From: Deltaproteobacteria bacterium RIFCSPHIGHO2_01_FULL_43_49
GTDB taxonomy: Bacteria > UBA10199 > SPLOWO2-01-44-7
DNA: 64,000 nucleotides
Direction: 5' to 3'
Assembly: GCA_001798075.1 (NCBI GenBank)
Contig: MGRG01000012.1
Span: 91,852 to 155,851, forward strand
The notes beneath the pieces are model-generated. The model was not told the origin of the DNA. It was given only the letters and a program-made list of their open reading frames with translations, and did not search any database. Within the stretch, counting starts at the first letter, position 1. Every line of letters starts with the position of its first letter. Both the position numbers and the translations under genes were made by a program. This document shows, in pieces, positions 9,026 to 18,211 of the stretch.

Positions 9026-9373
9026 TCAAACGCTCTTTGCTAATTGTGTAGTTTTCTTCTGTATTGTTTCCAGCCGAGACAAATAAGAATCTAACCTGCC
9101 AATTTTCTGGTTGAGTGTTCTGGCTTTCAAATGCCATTTTTTGCCATCGACTGCTTTTAGTTTGGTAACCAATTCACTTTTAGCTTTTGTTGTGCGCTCT
9201 TTTTCTTTTTTCAGTTTGGCCTCACGCTCTTTGAGAAAACTTTTGGCAAACTCTTTGAAAGCAGCTTTGAAAGCTTTTTCACCCTCGGACGAAGTTCTTT
9301 TAAGCTTTTTCTTTTTAAACTCTGGGTTCTTTTTTAAAAACTGACCCCAAGTAAACTTGTGTGCTAACGACAT
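9026..9373 (-). CDS. lysine-rich coiled-coil hypothetical protein (115 aa); its 3' end is the repeated unit of the cassette array
   Basis: Intact ORF with ATG; highly charged K/E-rich sequence; its last 25 codons recur as remnants at 8080-8166 and 7403-7456. Confidence 0.5.
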   Translation of the reverse strand: MSLAHKFTWGQFLKKNPEFKKKKLKRTSSEGEKAFKAAFKEFAKSFLKEREAKLKKEKERTTKAKSELVTKLKAVDGKKWHLKARTLNQKIGRLDSYLSRLETIQKKTTQLAKSV

Positions 9374-9493
9374 AAATCCTCCAATTCAAAGTGGGCGGGA
9401 CTATTATGGAATCGGGCATAAAAATCAAGGGACTTTTTTAGTTGACTAAAATGGTGTTTAAGGAGATCCAAACCTCAAGAAAAGGGGGTTTTT

Positions 9494-9871
9494 ATGGCTT
9501 ACACCAACATCAAACCAAAAGAAGCTTATCAGAGGACAAAAGAGGGATATACCTATCTGGATGTCCGCACCGTTGAGGAATTTCAGGCAGGGCACGCCAA
9601 GGGAGCTGTGAACGTTCCTATCATTTTAAAAACACCGGCTGGGCGTGAGCAAAATCCCAATTTTTTGACCGTTGTTCAGGAAAAATTCCCAAAAGGGACC
9701 AAGTTGGTGATTGGTTGTCATTCGGGTGGGAGGTCAGGGATGGCTTGCCAGGTGTTGCAACCACTAGGCTATGAAGTTTTCAATATCGCCGGCGGTTTTG
9801 GAGGAGGTGTCGATTCCGAAACAGGCGAGACGATCAAAGGTTGGAAAGAGGAAGGACTCCCCGTGGAATAA
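9494..9871 (+). CDS. rhodanese-domain sulfurtransferase
   Basis: Rhodanese fold with active-site Cys in VIGCHSGGRSG. Confidence 0.85.
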   Translation: MAYTNIKPKEAYQRTKEGYTYLDVRTVEEFQAGHAKGAVNVPIILKTPAGREQNPNFLTVVQEKFPKGTKLVIGCHSGGRSGMACQVLQPLGYEVFNIAGGFGGGVDSETGETIKGWKEEGLPVE

Positions 9872-9873
9872 TT

Positions 9874-10635
9874 ATGTTGCTAGCGGTCGACGTTGGAAAT
9901 ACCAACATTACATTAGGGCTTTTCGAAGATGCCAATCTCAAACACCATTGGCGCATGGAAACTGCGCGTGCGCGAACGGCCGATGAATTTGGGATTTTGT
10001 TCAAGCAGCTCTTTGATTTGGTTAAAGTTGATTTTCGCATCATCAAAGGGATTGCAATTTCAAATGTTGTTCCACAGCTGCAACATATTTTACTCACCAC
10101 ATGCCAGAGATATTTTGACCGCGAGCCATTATGGGTGACCCCCAAAACCGCAAAAATTCCTTTGCGTGTTGATCATCCCGAAGAGGTTGGTGCTGATCGT
10201 TTGTGCAATGCGGTGGCCGCCTGGGAAAAATTCAAACAGGCAACGATTGTTGTCGATTTTGGAACGGCAACCACTTTGGATATTGTCACAGCCAAAGGAG
10301 AATATGGTGGGGGAGCCATCGCGCCTGGCATTGGGATTGCTAATCTAGCTCTCACCAAAGCCGCGGCGAAACTTCCTCGTGTGGAAATCGATAAACCCAA
10401 ACGAGTTGTGGGCCGCAACACGGTAGAATGTATTCAGGCAGGACTTTATTATGGCTATGTTGGCCTTGTGGATCACTTGATTGAATTGAGTATTAAGGAA
10501 GAAGGTGTGCCAATGAAGGTGGTGGCAACAGGAGGACTCGCTTCCCTCATCGCCAAAGAATCCAAAAAGATCGAAAAGGTCGAACGATTCTTAACTCTCG
10601 AAGGCCTCTATTTTATTTGGAAGAAAAATTCTTAA
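9874..10635 (+). CDS. coaX: type III pantothenate kinase
   Basis: N-terminal LLAVDVGNTNITLGLF and overall CoaX pattern; ATG 3 nt after the rhodanese stop. Confidence 0.9.
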   Translation: MLLAVDVGNTNITLGLFEDANLKHHWRMETARARTADEFGILFKQLFDLVKVDFRIIKGIAISNVVPQLQHILLTTCQRYFDREPLWVTPKTAKIPLRVDHPEEVGADRLCNAVAAWEKFKQATIVVDFGTATTLDIVTAKGEYGGGAIAPGIGIANLALTKAAAKLPRVEIDKPKRVVGRNTVECIQAGLYYGYVGLVDHLIELSIKEEGVPMKVVATGGLASLIAKESKKIEKVERFLTLEGLYFIWKKNS

Positions 10636-11723
10636 ACCCAATTCGGAAATAATTTTTGAATAGCGGAATGAATAGCTTTGCCATTTCTTGTTTGGAGCCC
10701 CAGTTTAAGTGCAGGGTCTGAGGCGAGCGCCTTTTCAATTCCTTGATTCGCTAATTTCAAAAGGTAAGGGAGTGTTGCCGTGGTTAAGGCCTCTGTAGAA
10801 GTGCGCGGCGTTAAAGCGGGCATATTTGTTACACAGTAATGAATCACACCGCGTTCTTTATATGTTGGTTCTGCGTGAGTCGTTGGTCTGGATGTCGCAA
10901 CACATCCTCCCTGATCAATGGCTACATCAACAATGACAGACCCTTCATCCATCGCTCCAACCATTTCTTTGGTGATTACAATCGGGGCTTTGTCGCCGGA
11001 GACCAAAACAGCACCGACAACTAAATCCGATTTCTGTGCCCATTGGGAGACTGATTGAGGCGTTGATGCAATCGCCTTAACTTTTCCGCCAAATTTTTGT
11101 TCAATCAATTTTAGTTTTGCTTCTTTGATATCCAAGACCACCACTTCGCTTCTCAATCCGAGGGCTACTTCTGCCGCGTTGAGTCCCACATGCCCTGCAC
11201 CAATCACTGTTACCAAACCTTTTCGCGTTCCGGTAACACCACCCAACAATAAACCTTTGCCACCATGATTGGAGTGCAAAAGATAAGTTCCAATTTGAGT
11301 GGCAATACGACCGGCGACTTCGCTCATGGGAGTTAGAAGAGGTAGTTCTCCATCAGAGAGTTCCACTGTTTCATAGCCAATACCCGTCACTTTGTTTTGG
11401 CAGAGGGCCTCCATCAAGGGAGGGACGCTGGCCAAATGAAGATAAGTAAAAAGGGAGAGCCCCGGTTTTAAATATCGATATTCACTTTCAACGGGCTCTT
11501 TGACTTTGACGATCAGTTCGGCTTGCTCCCAGACGGCAGTACCATCTCCCAAAAGAGTAGCGCCGGCCCCCTTATAGTCATCATCCTTAAACCCGCTGGA
11601 AAGTCCCACATTTTGTTGAACAAGGACTCTGTGGCCCTCTTGGACGAGTTTTGCCACTCCCTGAGGGGTCACCGAAACTCTGGTCTCTTTGGTCTTAATT
11701 TCCTTAGGAATTCCGATAATCAT
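10632..11723 (-). CDS. ald: alanine dehydrogenase
   Basis: MIIGIPKEIK..., LFTYLHLAS, LLTPMSEVAGR, VIGAGHVGLNAAEVA, VDVAIDQGG all match alanine dehydrogenase. Start taken at the internal ATG (MIIG). Confidence 0.9.
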   Translation of the reverse strand: MIIGIPKEIKTKETRVSVTPQGVAKLVQEGHRVLVQQNVGLSSGFKDDDYKGAGATLLGDGTAVWEQAELIVKVKEPVESEYRYLKPGLSLFTYLHLASVPPLMEALCQNKVTGIGYETVELSDGELPLLTPMSEVAGRIATQIGTYLLHSNHGGKGLLLGGVTGTRKGLVTVIGAGHVGLNAAEVALGLRSEVVVLDIKEAKLKLIEQKFGGKVKAIASTPQSVSQWAQKSDLVVGAVLVSGDKAPIVITKEMVGAMDEGSVIVDVAIDQGGCVATSRPTTHAEPTYKERGVIHYCVTNMPALTPRTSTEALTTATLPYLLKLANQGIEKALASDPALKLGLQTRNGKAIHSAIQKLFPNWV

Positions 11724-11874
11724 AGCGAGTGGCTTGTATCTTAAACTCAAAAGGTAGTCACTACCTTTCTGTAAATTTTACCAAAAGGTAGCGTCTACCT
11801 TTTGATGATGCGCTGCAGCAATTTAATGCGGGCCACCTAGCAACATTCCTTACTTTCTGTCGATAAGGATAGTG

Positions 11875-14800
11875 ATGTTAAAACACCTCCATTTTTTGCT
11901 GATTCTTGGATTGACGACCCTCACTTTGACAGCTTGTCCCGACAACAAACTGGGTGTCAGTGGCGGAACCTCTCCCAATTTGGTTGGCACTCCTGAGACC
12001 GTTCTTACCATCAAAGATTCTTCGCAACTTATTGGTGGTCCCAACGCTCAAGGACGCCTCGGCGATGTTTTGCTTTCCAATTCAAAAATCAAAGTCATTA
12101 TTCAAAAGCCAAATAAGTCGGCAGGGATTGGATCTTTCGGTGGCACGATCATTGATGCCGATCGGGTTCGATTTGGTGGGGAAGGGGCTGATCGTTGGCA
12201 AGAGCTTTTTCCTCTCGTGAATGTGGAGTGGACCGTTAATTATTTTACCTACGGTGTTTTGGCGGATGGCTCCGATGGGGGAGCACAAATTTTGCGCGCT
12301 CAAGGGATCATTGATGTTTATGATTATCTCGATTTGGATTTCATTGCTGATGCCGCTTCTGCAGTGCTCAACCAACAAATCACTTTTGCCGATCGCTTTG
12401 ATGACAGAAGAGATCCCTTCAATATCGATCCCAATCTCAAAGATCTTTATGCAGGGGTAATTACTGAATATCGTTTAGATCCAAGTGCCAATCATGTGAA
12501 AATCGAAACAACCTTCACGAATCCTTCGGACCACCCCATCTCCATGCCCATTGGTGATTTTTTGGTCGGGGGTGGTGAGTTGCAACTCTTGATTCCAGGA
12601 ATCGGTTTTTCTCCTGCTCCCACAATGCAGTTGGGGCAAAACACGCCGGCGATTATTTATGCCGGTTTTCCAGGTGTCGATGTCTCTTACGGCTATTTTT
12701 ATGACCCTTCTTCTTTTCTCCAACCAAAGGTTGAGGAAGATGAAGAAGAGCAATTTTATACTACCACTTCTGTGAGCTACGCGGGGCTCACCGGTGTTTT
12801 GCTCGGGGAAGAATTTTTAAAGATTTTACCTTTGGGAAGTCACGCTTCCCCCGAGGTTCATTTTACGATTCTTCCAAAAAGTGAACGAACAATCACTCGT
12901 TATTTTGTGGTGGGGGATGGCTCTGCCGGGTCTGTTTTGGATGAGGGGCTTAAAGTTTTGAAAGTACCAACCGCTAGCTTATCTGGACAAGTTGTCACGC
13001 CAAATGGAGCCTCCATTGAGGGAGCTACCGTGGCGGTAAAAAAATTGGGAGGGGGAACAATCGTTACCTACACTAGCGATGCCGAAGGTCGTTTTTCAGG
13101 ATTGCTCCCGACGGGTGAGGGAAAAGTTGGAAAACTTTTTGGCGATGGCAAATATGAACTGTGGGTGGACAAAAAGGGTTATCATGAAAATGAAACCGTT
13201 CGCGCTGGGAATTGTGCCCCTTCTCAAATTGATTTGACGAAACTCAGTGGTGCACAAATCGTTTGTAAACTTGGAGAAACAGGTTTTGTGAAACTAGCGG
13301 GTGGTGTGACAGACGCCGCAACAGGCTCCAATATACCTGCGAGACTTACCATTATTGGTCAAGACCCTAGTCCAGAGACAGCCGGTTCTGGAACTTTTTC
13401 CGACACTGATATTTTTTCTAAACCTTTTGGAGTTGTTGATGTGGAATTTGTAAATGCCAAAGGGACATTTGGTCTCACGTCGAACGATTATATGGAGCTA
13501 GAGCCAGGTTTTTATCGTTTTGTTTTTTCTCATGGGACAGAATATTCGGTGGTGGAAAGGGATGTCAACGTTAATGCTGGTGGTGCAGTGACGTTAGAAC
13601 AAATTATTTTAAAAAAAGTAGTTGATTCAAAAGGGTTTGTCTCATCTGATTTTCATATTCATGCGTTGCCCAGTGCCGACAGTGCTTTCAGCATTGAAAG
13701 AAGGGCCTTGGCGGCAGCAGCGGATGGGCTCGATGTTTTGCAAAGTTCCGATCACGATTTTTTAACAGATTATGCGCCGGTGGTGGCAAAACTTATCAAA
13801 GAGGGAATTTTAAAACCAGACAGTATTCAAACACTGGTGGGTGATGAAATTACTCCCAATCATTTTGGTCACATTCACGCCTTTCCACTGACTCCCAATT
13901 TTGATGATGTTGATCATGGGGCCATTGATTGGTCCTCGCATAGTTGGGATGAAATGTCTCCCGCACCCGATTATGTTCTCTCGCCAAAAGAAATTGTAGC
14001 CAAAGCGCTTCAAGATCCTGGTGAAGAGGTCATTCAAATTAATCACATTGCCGATAGTTCTTTAAGTATTCCGGTGGCGACCGGTTGGCTCACCACACCC
14101 ATTTATGAAAATAAATTTAAAATCCCTGCCTTTGTTTCTTACGCTGATCCCATCGAGAGACGCTTGGCCGCTCCAACAGACAGAGCGCCAGCTCCTCCTT
14201 ATGGCATGGGTGCTTCCGATCTCATTTTGGACACCTTCACGGCGATGGAACTGACCATCGGCCCTGAAATGAATGGAAATGCCCTCTGGGAGGTGGCTCT
14301 CCCCACCTGGTTTAATCTTCTGAATTTAGGTTTGGCTCCCACCGCGACCGCTAATTCCGATAGCCATCATGAAATCAAAGTACCATTGGGCATTCCCAGA
14401 AATTTTGTGGCGATGGATGTCGACCCCAGAGACGGTTTGAAAGATAGCTTTGCTGCAATTAATGAAGAAGTTTACGCACATAATATTAATGATCGAAAAG
14501 TCGTTGTCTCCGCAGGGCCTTATATTTCAATGACTGCTTTCAATGCCGATGGAGGTGTAGCGGGTGTGGGAGAAATAATTAAGGGTAATTCAATCCGTTT
14601 TGATATCGAAGTACAAGCTCCCAGTTGGGCCTGGTTTGATACGATTGAAATTTACGCCAATACAGAGCCATTGCCTGCAGAAGACTCAGGTCGTTTTGCC
14701 TTGAGAGATGAGGCAAGTGATCCTGCGCAATTTGCAAAGCCCTATCATATCCCTCATTATATTTATGATTCGGTTAAGCGGTACAAACTTTCTGACGGGA

Positions 14801-15171
14801 CATTAAAAAATTGGTCTGAGAAAGATGGTAAAATTACGGCAAAAGTGGAACTGACCATCAATATAAAAGAAGATACTTGGGTTGTGGTAGCGGCGAGAGG
14901 GACACCCAGCACAGAAGGCTATCGATCGTTGTTTCCAATCGTCCCTGTTGTTTTGAAGGATCCCAAGGATCCCCCAAAGGATTTTGATCCGACCCAGTTA
15001 GAGGAATTTCACAAAGATAAGAAAAAAGTGGGTGGTGCTGCCTGGGCCTTCACCAACCCCATTTTTATCGATGTCGACGGTGACACCGATCAAGACGGTT
15101 TTCCCTTTGAAGCCAAGTGGGTGCGAGAGGGATATTCCAAGTTAAAACCCTTTGTTCAGACAAAGCAATAG
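11875..15171 (+). CDS. large lipoprotein with carboxypeptidase-regulatory-like and PHP-like metal-dependent phosphoesterase regions
   Basis: Lipoprotein signal (LTLTAC); SLSGQVVTPNGASIEGATVAV...DAEGRF is CarbopepD_reg-like; FHIHALPSADS...GLDVLQSSDHD and NSDSHHE resemble PHP-domain motifs. Confidence 0.65.
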   Translation: MLKHLHFLLILGLTTLTLTACPDNKLGVSGGTSPNLVGTPETVLTIKDSSQLIGGPNAQGRLGDVLLSNSKIKVIIQKPNKSAGIGSFGGTIIDADRVRFGGEGADRWQELFPLVNVEWTVNYFTYGVLADGSDGGAQILRAQGIIDVYDYLDLDFIADAASAVLNQQITFADRFDDRRDPFNIDPNLKDLYAGVITEYRLDPSANHVKIETTFTNPSDHPISMPIGDFLVGGGELQLLIPGIGFSPAPTMQLGQNTPAIIYAGFPGVDVSYGYFYDPSSFLQPKVEEDEEEQFYTTTSVSYAGLTGVLLGEEFLKILPLGSHASPEVHFTILPKSERTITRYFVVGDGSAGSVLDEGLKVLKVPTASLSGQVVTPNGASIEGATVAVKKLGGGTIVTYTSDAEGRFSGLLPTGEGKVGKLFGDGKYELWVDKKGYHENETVRAGNCAPSQIDLTKLSGAQIVCKLGETGFVKLAGGVTDAATGSNIPARLTIIGQDPSPETAGSGTFSDTDIFSKPFGVVDVEFVNAKGTFGLTSNDYMELEPGFYRFVFSHGTEYSVVERDVNVNAGGAVTLEQIILKKVVDSKGFVSSDFHIHALPSADSAFSIERRALAAAADGLDVLQSSDHDFLTDYAPVVAKLIKEGILKPDSIQTLVGDEITPNHFGHIHAFPLTPNFDDVDHGAIDWSSHSWDEMSPAPDYVLSPKEIVAKALQDPGEEVIQINHIADSSLSIPVATGWLTTPIYENKFKIPAFVSYADPIERRLAAPTDRAPAPPYGMGASDLILDTFTAMELTIGPEMNGNALWEVALPTWFNLLNLGLAPTATANSDSHHEIKVPLGIPRNFVAMDVDPRDGLKDSFAAINEEVYAHNINDRKVVVSAGPYISMTAFNADGGVAGVGEIIKGNSIRFDIEVQAPSWAWFDTIEIYANTEPLPAEDSGRFALRDEASDPAQFAKPYHIPHYIYDSVKRYKLSDGTLKNWSEKDGKITAKVELTINIKEDTWVVVAARGTPSTEGYRSLFPIVPVVLKDPKDPPKDFDPTQLEEFHKDKKKVGGAAWAFTNPIFIDVDGDTDQDGFPFEAKWVREGYSKLKPFVQTKQ

Positions 15172-15214
15172 TCCTTCCTTGCTGCACTCTGAAATTTAAG
15201 CTATTTTGGCTCGC

Positions 15215-18211
15215 ATGCGACGGGTCTTTGGGGTTGTTTTTCTTTTCTTCACATTTTTTAGTTTTCAAACAGTTGAGGCAGGCCTTTTTCACCCCTTTAA
15301 AGGTTGGCGAACGATCGATATCCAGCATTTTTCAATTCACTATCATCAATCCATTGAAGAGGTCGCTCAAAGGGCGGCAGGCTATCTTGAAGAGGCCCAC
15401 GAAAAACTCTCTCCTCAATATCAATGGAAACCATGGGGAAGGACTCAGATTGTTCTGACCGATAATTTTGACGACTCAAATGGTTTGGCCAGTGTTTTGC
15501 CATACAATTGGATTTTGTTGAGGGTCGTACCGCCGGAACCCGAAAGTTCTTTGGCGATGTATGATGACTGGCTCAAAACGTTGATCACACATGAATACAC
15601 ACACATCCTTCACCTCGATGCCTACGGCGGTTTTTGGAAACCGGTTCACTGGATTCTTGGAAAATTGGTCGCTCCAGCAGGCTTAACCCCCAACTGGGTC
15701 AAAGAGGGAACGGCTACTCTTGAAGAGACCGAGGAAACAGAAGGTGGAAGGGGAAGAGCCGCCTATAGTGAGATGCTCCTTCGCACCGCCATTCTCAACA
15801 AACAATTTCCAACCATTGATCGTGCAGCTGGTGTCCATTGGAAATGGCCCGGCTTTCAAACCCCTTATATTTTTGGTGTGAAATTCATGCAGTATTTAAA
15901 AGAGCGTTTTGGCGAAGAAAAATTTCAGGCTTTTCATAAAAAAACACAGCGCAATTTTTTCATCGGAGCCATCAACTCTCATGCTAGGACTCTTTTTGGA
16001 AAAAGTTTTTATGAACTTTGGAAAGATTGGAAGAAAGAGCTCGAAGAAAAATATGAGGGGTGGGAATCCAATGTCAGACAAAAAGGTTTGACAGAAGTAG
16101 AACGTTTTTTAAGCGGAAAAGAATCTTTTTATCTCCCAACCTTTTCGAGAGATGGAGAAAAGCTTGCCTATGTGACATTGAGTCCAAGAAAAGCCAGCAC
16201 ACTTTGGCTAAAAGATCTAAAAGGTGGAAAACCAGAAAAATTAGGGGAGAGAACGCCAAGCCAAATCAGTTTTTCACCCGATGGAGGCTCTCTTGTTTTT
16301 TCTTCGATGGCAACGCATAAACGTTTTTATCGCTATTACGATCTCTTTCAAGTCGACCTCAAAACAAAAAAGTCTAAAAGACTCACGCATGGAAAAAGGG
16401 CCAGAGATCCCGACTTCAGTCCTGATGGTTCAAAGATATTGTTTGCAGCCGGTGAAGGTGGAACCGATTCTTTAAAAGTTTTTGATGTCGAGACACGGGA
16501 AATAACATCGTTAGTTGAAGCTTCTCCTTTCACGCAGTTTGCAAATCCTCGTTTTTCTCCCGATGGCTCGCAATTTGCGGTGGTGCGCTTCCAGAATCGT
16601 GTGGGTTGGGAATTGTGTCTCTACAGAGCGGATGGATCTTTTATCAAACAGCTTACCAAAAACGGTCTTTCTGTCGAATCGAGACCGACCTGGAGTCCCG
16701 ATGGTCGCTTTGTTTTGTTTAGTTCCGATGAAGATGGGGTCAATAATTTTTATGCCTATGATTTGACGACAGAAAAGAAACAACGTTTAACACAAGTCCT
16801 CACCGGTGTTTTTCAACCAGCCTTGTCGCCCGATGGAAACACTTTGTTGGCAAGATATTACAATGGAGATGGGTATGATATCAGGAAAGTTCCATTGGAT
16901 GGACTAATGACCGTGGACTCTGGACCAAGGACTAAAGATAAGAAAATAAAAAATGAAAAGAGTGAAGAAGGGTTAAAGGCTAATGCGACCGATGTACAAC
17001 CCACTTCGCTTGCGCGATCGCAACAAAGCGAACCACAAGTCACAGATTACGAGCCTCATAAATATAATCCTTTTCGGGGGTCGCTTTTTTTACCGCGATA
17101 CGTGTTGCCAGGATTTATTGTTCTGGACAATGGATTGTTGGTCTCTGGGGCAACGGGCGGGAACGATCCTTTACACTATCACAACTGGATTGGGGGTGCC
17201 ACTTATCGCACCGATGCCAAGCATCTCGGCTATTTTGGGCGTTATACTTTTAGCCGTTATCAACCCACTTTTGGAATAGGAATCGATGACTCTGCTGTCG
17301 ATTTTGGAACGCTTAGTTTTTCCACCGGAAACACCTATCATTTTTATGAAGAAAGAAGACAGGCTTATGCCTTCTTTTCTGTCCCCTTGGGAACAAGACA
17401 AGCCGTTGGGGCGAGTTATTTTTATGAAGATCGCATGCCGATCACTGGAATTTTAGCTAACGAAGCGGCGGCACTCAATTTAGGAATTTTTTCCGGTATC
17501 AACATAAACTATGTCTATGGTGATCGTACAGCCTATCCAGCTTCTATAAGCCCAACAGAAAAAGGGCGGACTTTGAGGCTTAATGGGACAATTACTGATG
17601 GACGATTGGGTGCAAATGAACAAAATGAACAAAAGATTTTTTCAGGGGACTATCGTGAATATATTCCTCTTGGAAAAAATCATGTGATTGCGATGCGTGC
17701 CGCCGGCGGCATTGCCTTTGGTGATGCCATTCTTCCAGGGACATTTAGTTTGGGTGGTTCCCTGGGCGAAGGGGCTTTAACGGGAGGGACTTCCTCTCGC
17801 AGTTTCAGTTTGCGGGGACTTCCTCTTTCCACATTGGTGCGAGACAAGGTCATGCTGTTATCGACAGAATATCGACTTCCGTTGGTTTCTCCGCAAAGAG
17901 GTTTAGGGACCTGGCCCATTTTTCTAAACAATCTTCATCTAGGATTTTTTGCCGACTATGGAGATGCGTGGGGGAGGGCGACCGATCCCACTAAAAATGG
18001 GTTGAGAGATTTCTTTGACGATTTCTTTTTGGGAGTTGGAGCAGAATTGAGGGGTGATTTTGTAATCGGTCACGGACTTCCCTTAACCGGCAGAGTCGGT
18101 TATGCGCGTATTATGGTCAACCGAGATCGTTTGGGAAATTTGAGAGATCCCTTTTTGAATAATCTCGTCAGAAACGGAATGTTTATCTTGCAATGGGGAA
18201 GCTCTTTTTGA
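15215..18211 (+). CDS. secreted multidomain protein: HExxH metalloprotease-like N-domain, TolB/PD40-like beta-propeller repeats, Omp85-like C-terminal region
   Basis: Signal peptide; HEYTHILH (HExxH); repeated SPDG motifs (FSPDGSKILFAA, FSPDGSQFAVV, WSPDGRFVLFSS, LSPDGNTLLA); glycine/aromatic-rich C-terminus ending in F. Confidence 0.6.
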   Translation: MRRVFGVVFLFFTFFSFQTVEAGLFHPFKGWRTIDIQHFSIHYHQSIEEVAQRAAGYLEEAHEKLSPQYQWKPWGRTQIVLTDNFDDSNGLASVLPYNWILLRVVPPEPESSLAMYDDWLKTLITHEYTHILHLDAYGGFWKPVHWILGKLVAPAGLTPNWVKEGTATLEETEETEGGRGRAAYSEMLLRTAILNKQFPTIDRAAGVHWKWPGFQTPYIFGVKFMQYLKERFGEEKFQAFHKKTQRNFFIGAINSHARTLFGKSFYELWKDWKKELEEKYEGWESNVRQKGLTEVERFLSGKESFYLPTFSRDGEKLAYVTLSPRKASTLWLKDLKGGKPEKLGERTPSQISFSPDGGSLVFSSMATHKRFYRYYDLFQVDLKTKKSKRLTHGKRARDPDFSPDGSKILFAAGEGGTDSLKVFDVETREITSLVEASPFTQFANPRFSPDGSQFAVVRFQNRVGWELCLYRADGSFIKQLTKNGLSVESRPTWSPDGRFVLFSSDEDGVNNFYAYDLTTEKKQRLTQVLTGVFQPALSPDGNTLLARYYNGDGYDIRKVPLDGLMTVDSGPRTKDKKIKNEKSEEGLKANATDVQPTSLARSQQSEPQVTDYEPHKYNPFRGSLFLPRYVLPGFIVLDNGLLVSGATGGNDPLHYHNWIGGATYRTDAKHLGYFGRYTFSRYQPTFGIGIDDSAVDFGTLSFSTGNTYHFYEERRQAYAFFSVPLGTRQAVGASYFYEDRMPITGILANEAAALNLGIFSGININYVYGDRTAYPASISPTEKGRTLRLNGTITDGRLGANEQNEQKIFSGDYREYIPLGKNHVIAMRAAGGIAFGDAILPGTFSLGGSLGEGALTGGTSSRSFSLRGLPLSTLVRDKVMLLSTEYRLPLVSPQRGLGTWPIFLNNLHLGFFADYGDAWGRATDPTKNGLRDFFDDFFLGVGAELRGDFVIGHGLPLTGRVGYARIMVNRDRLGNLRDPFLNNLVRNGMFILQWGSSF

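Noticed and set aside
7401-9110. Repeats after each small cassette considered as integron attC sites
   Set aside because: No IntI-type integrase or attI is present, and the repeats translate as C-terminal remnants of the neighbouring gene rather than having attC-type R''/L''/L'/R' architecture; reported as 3'-end remnant direct repeats instead.
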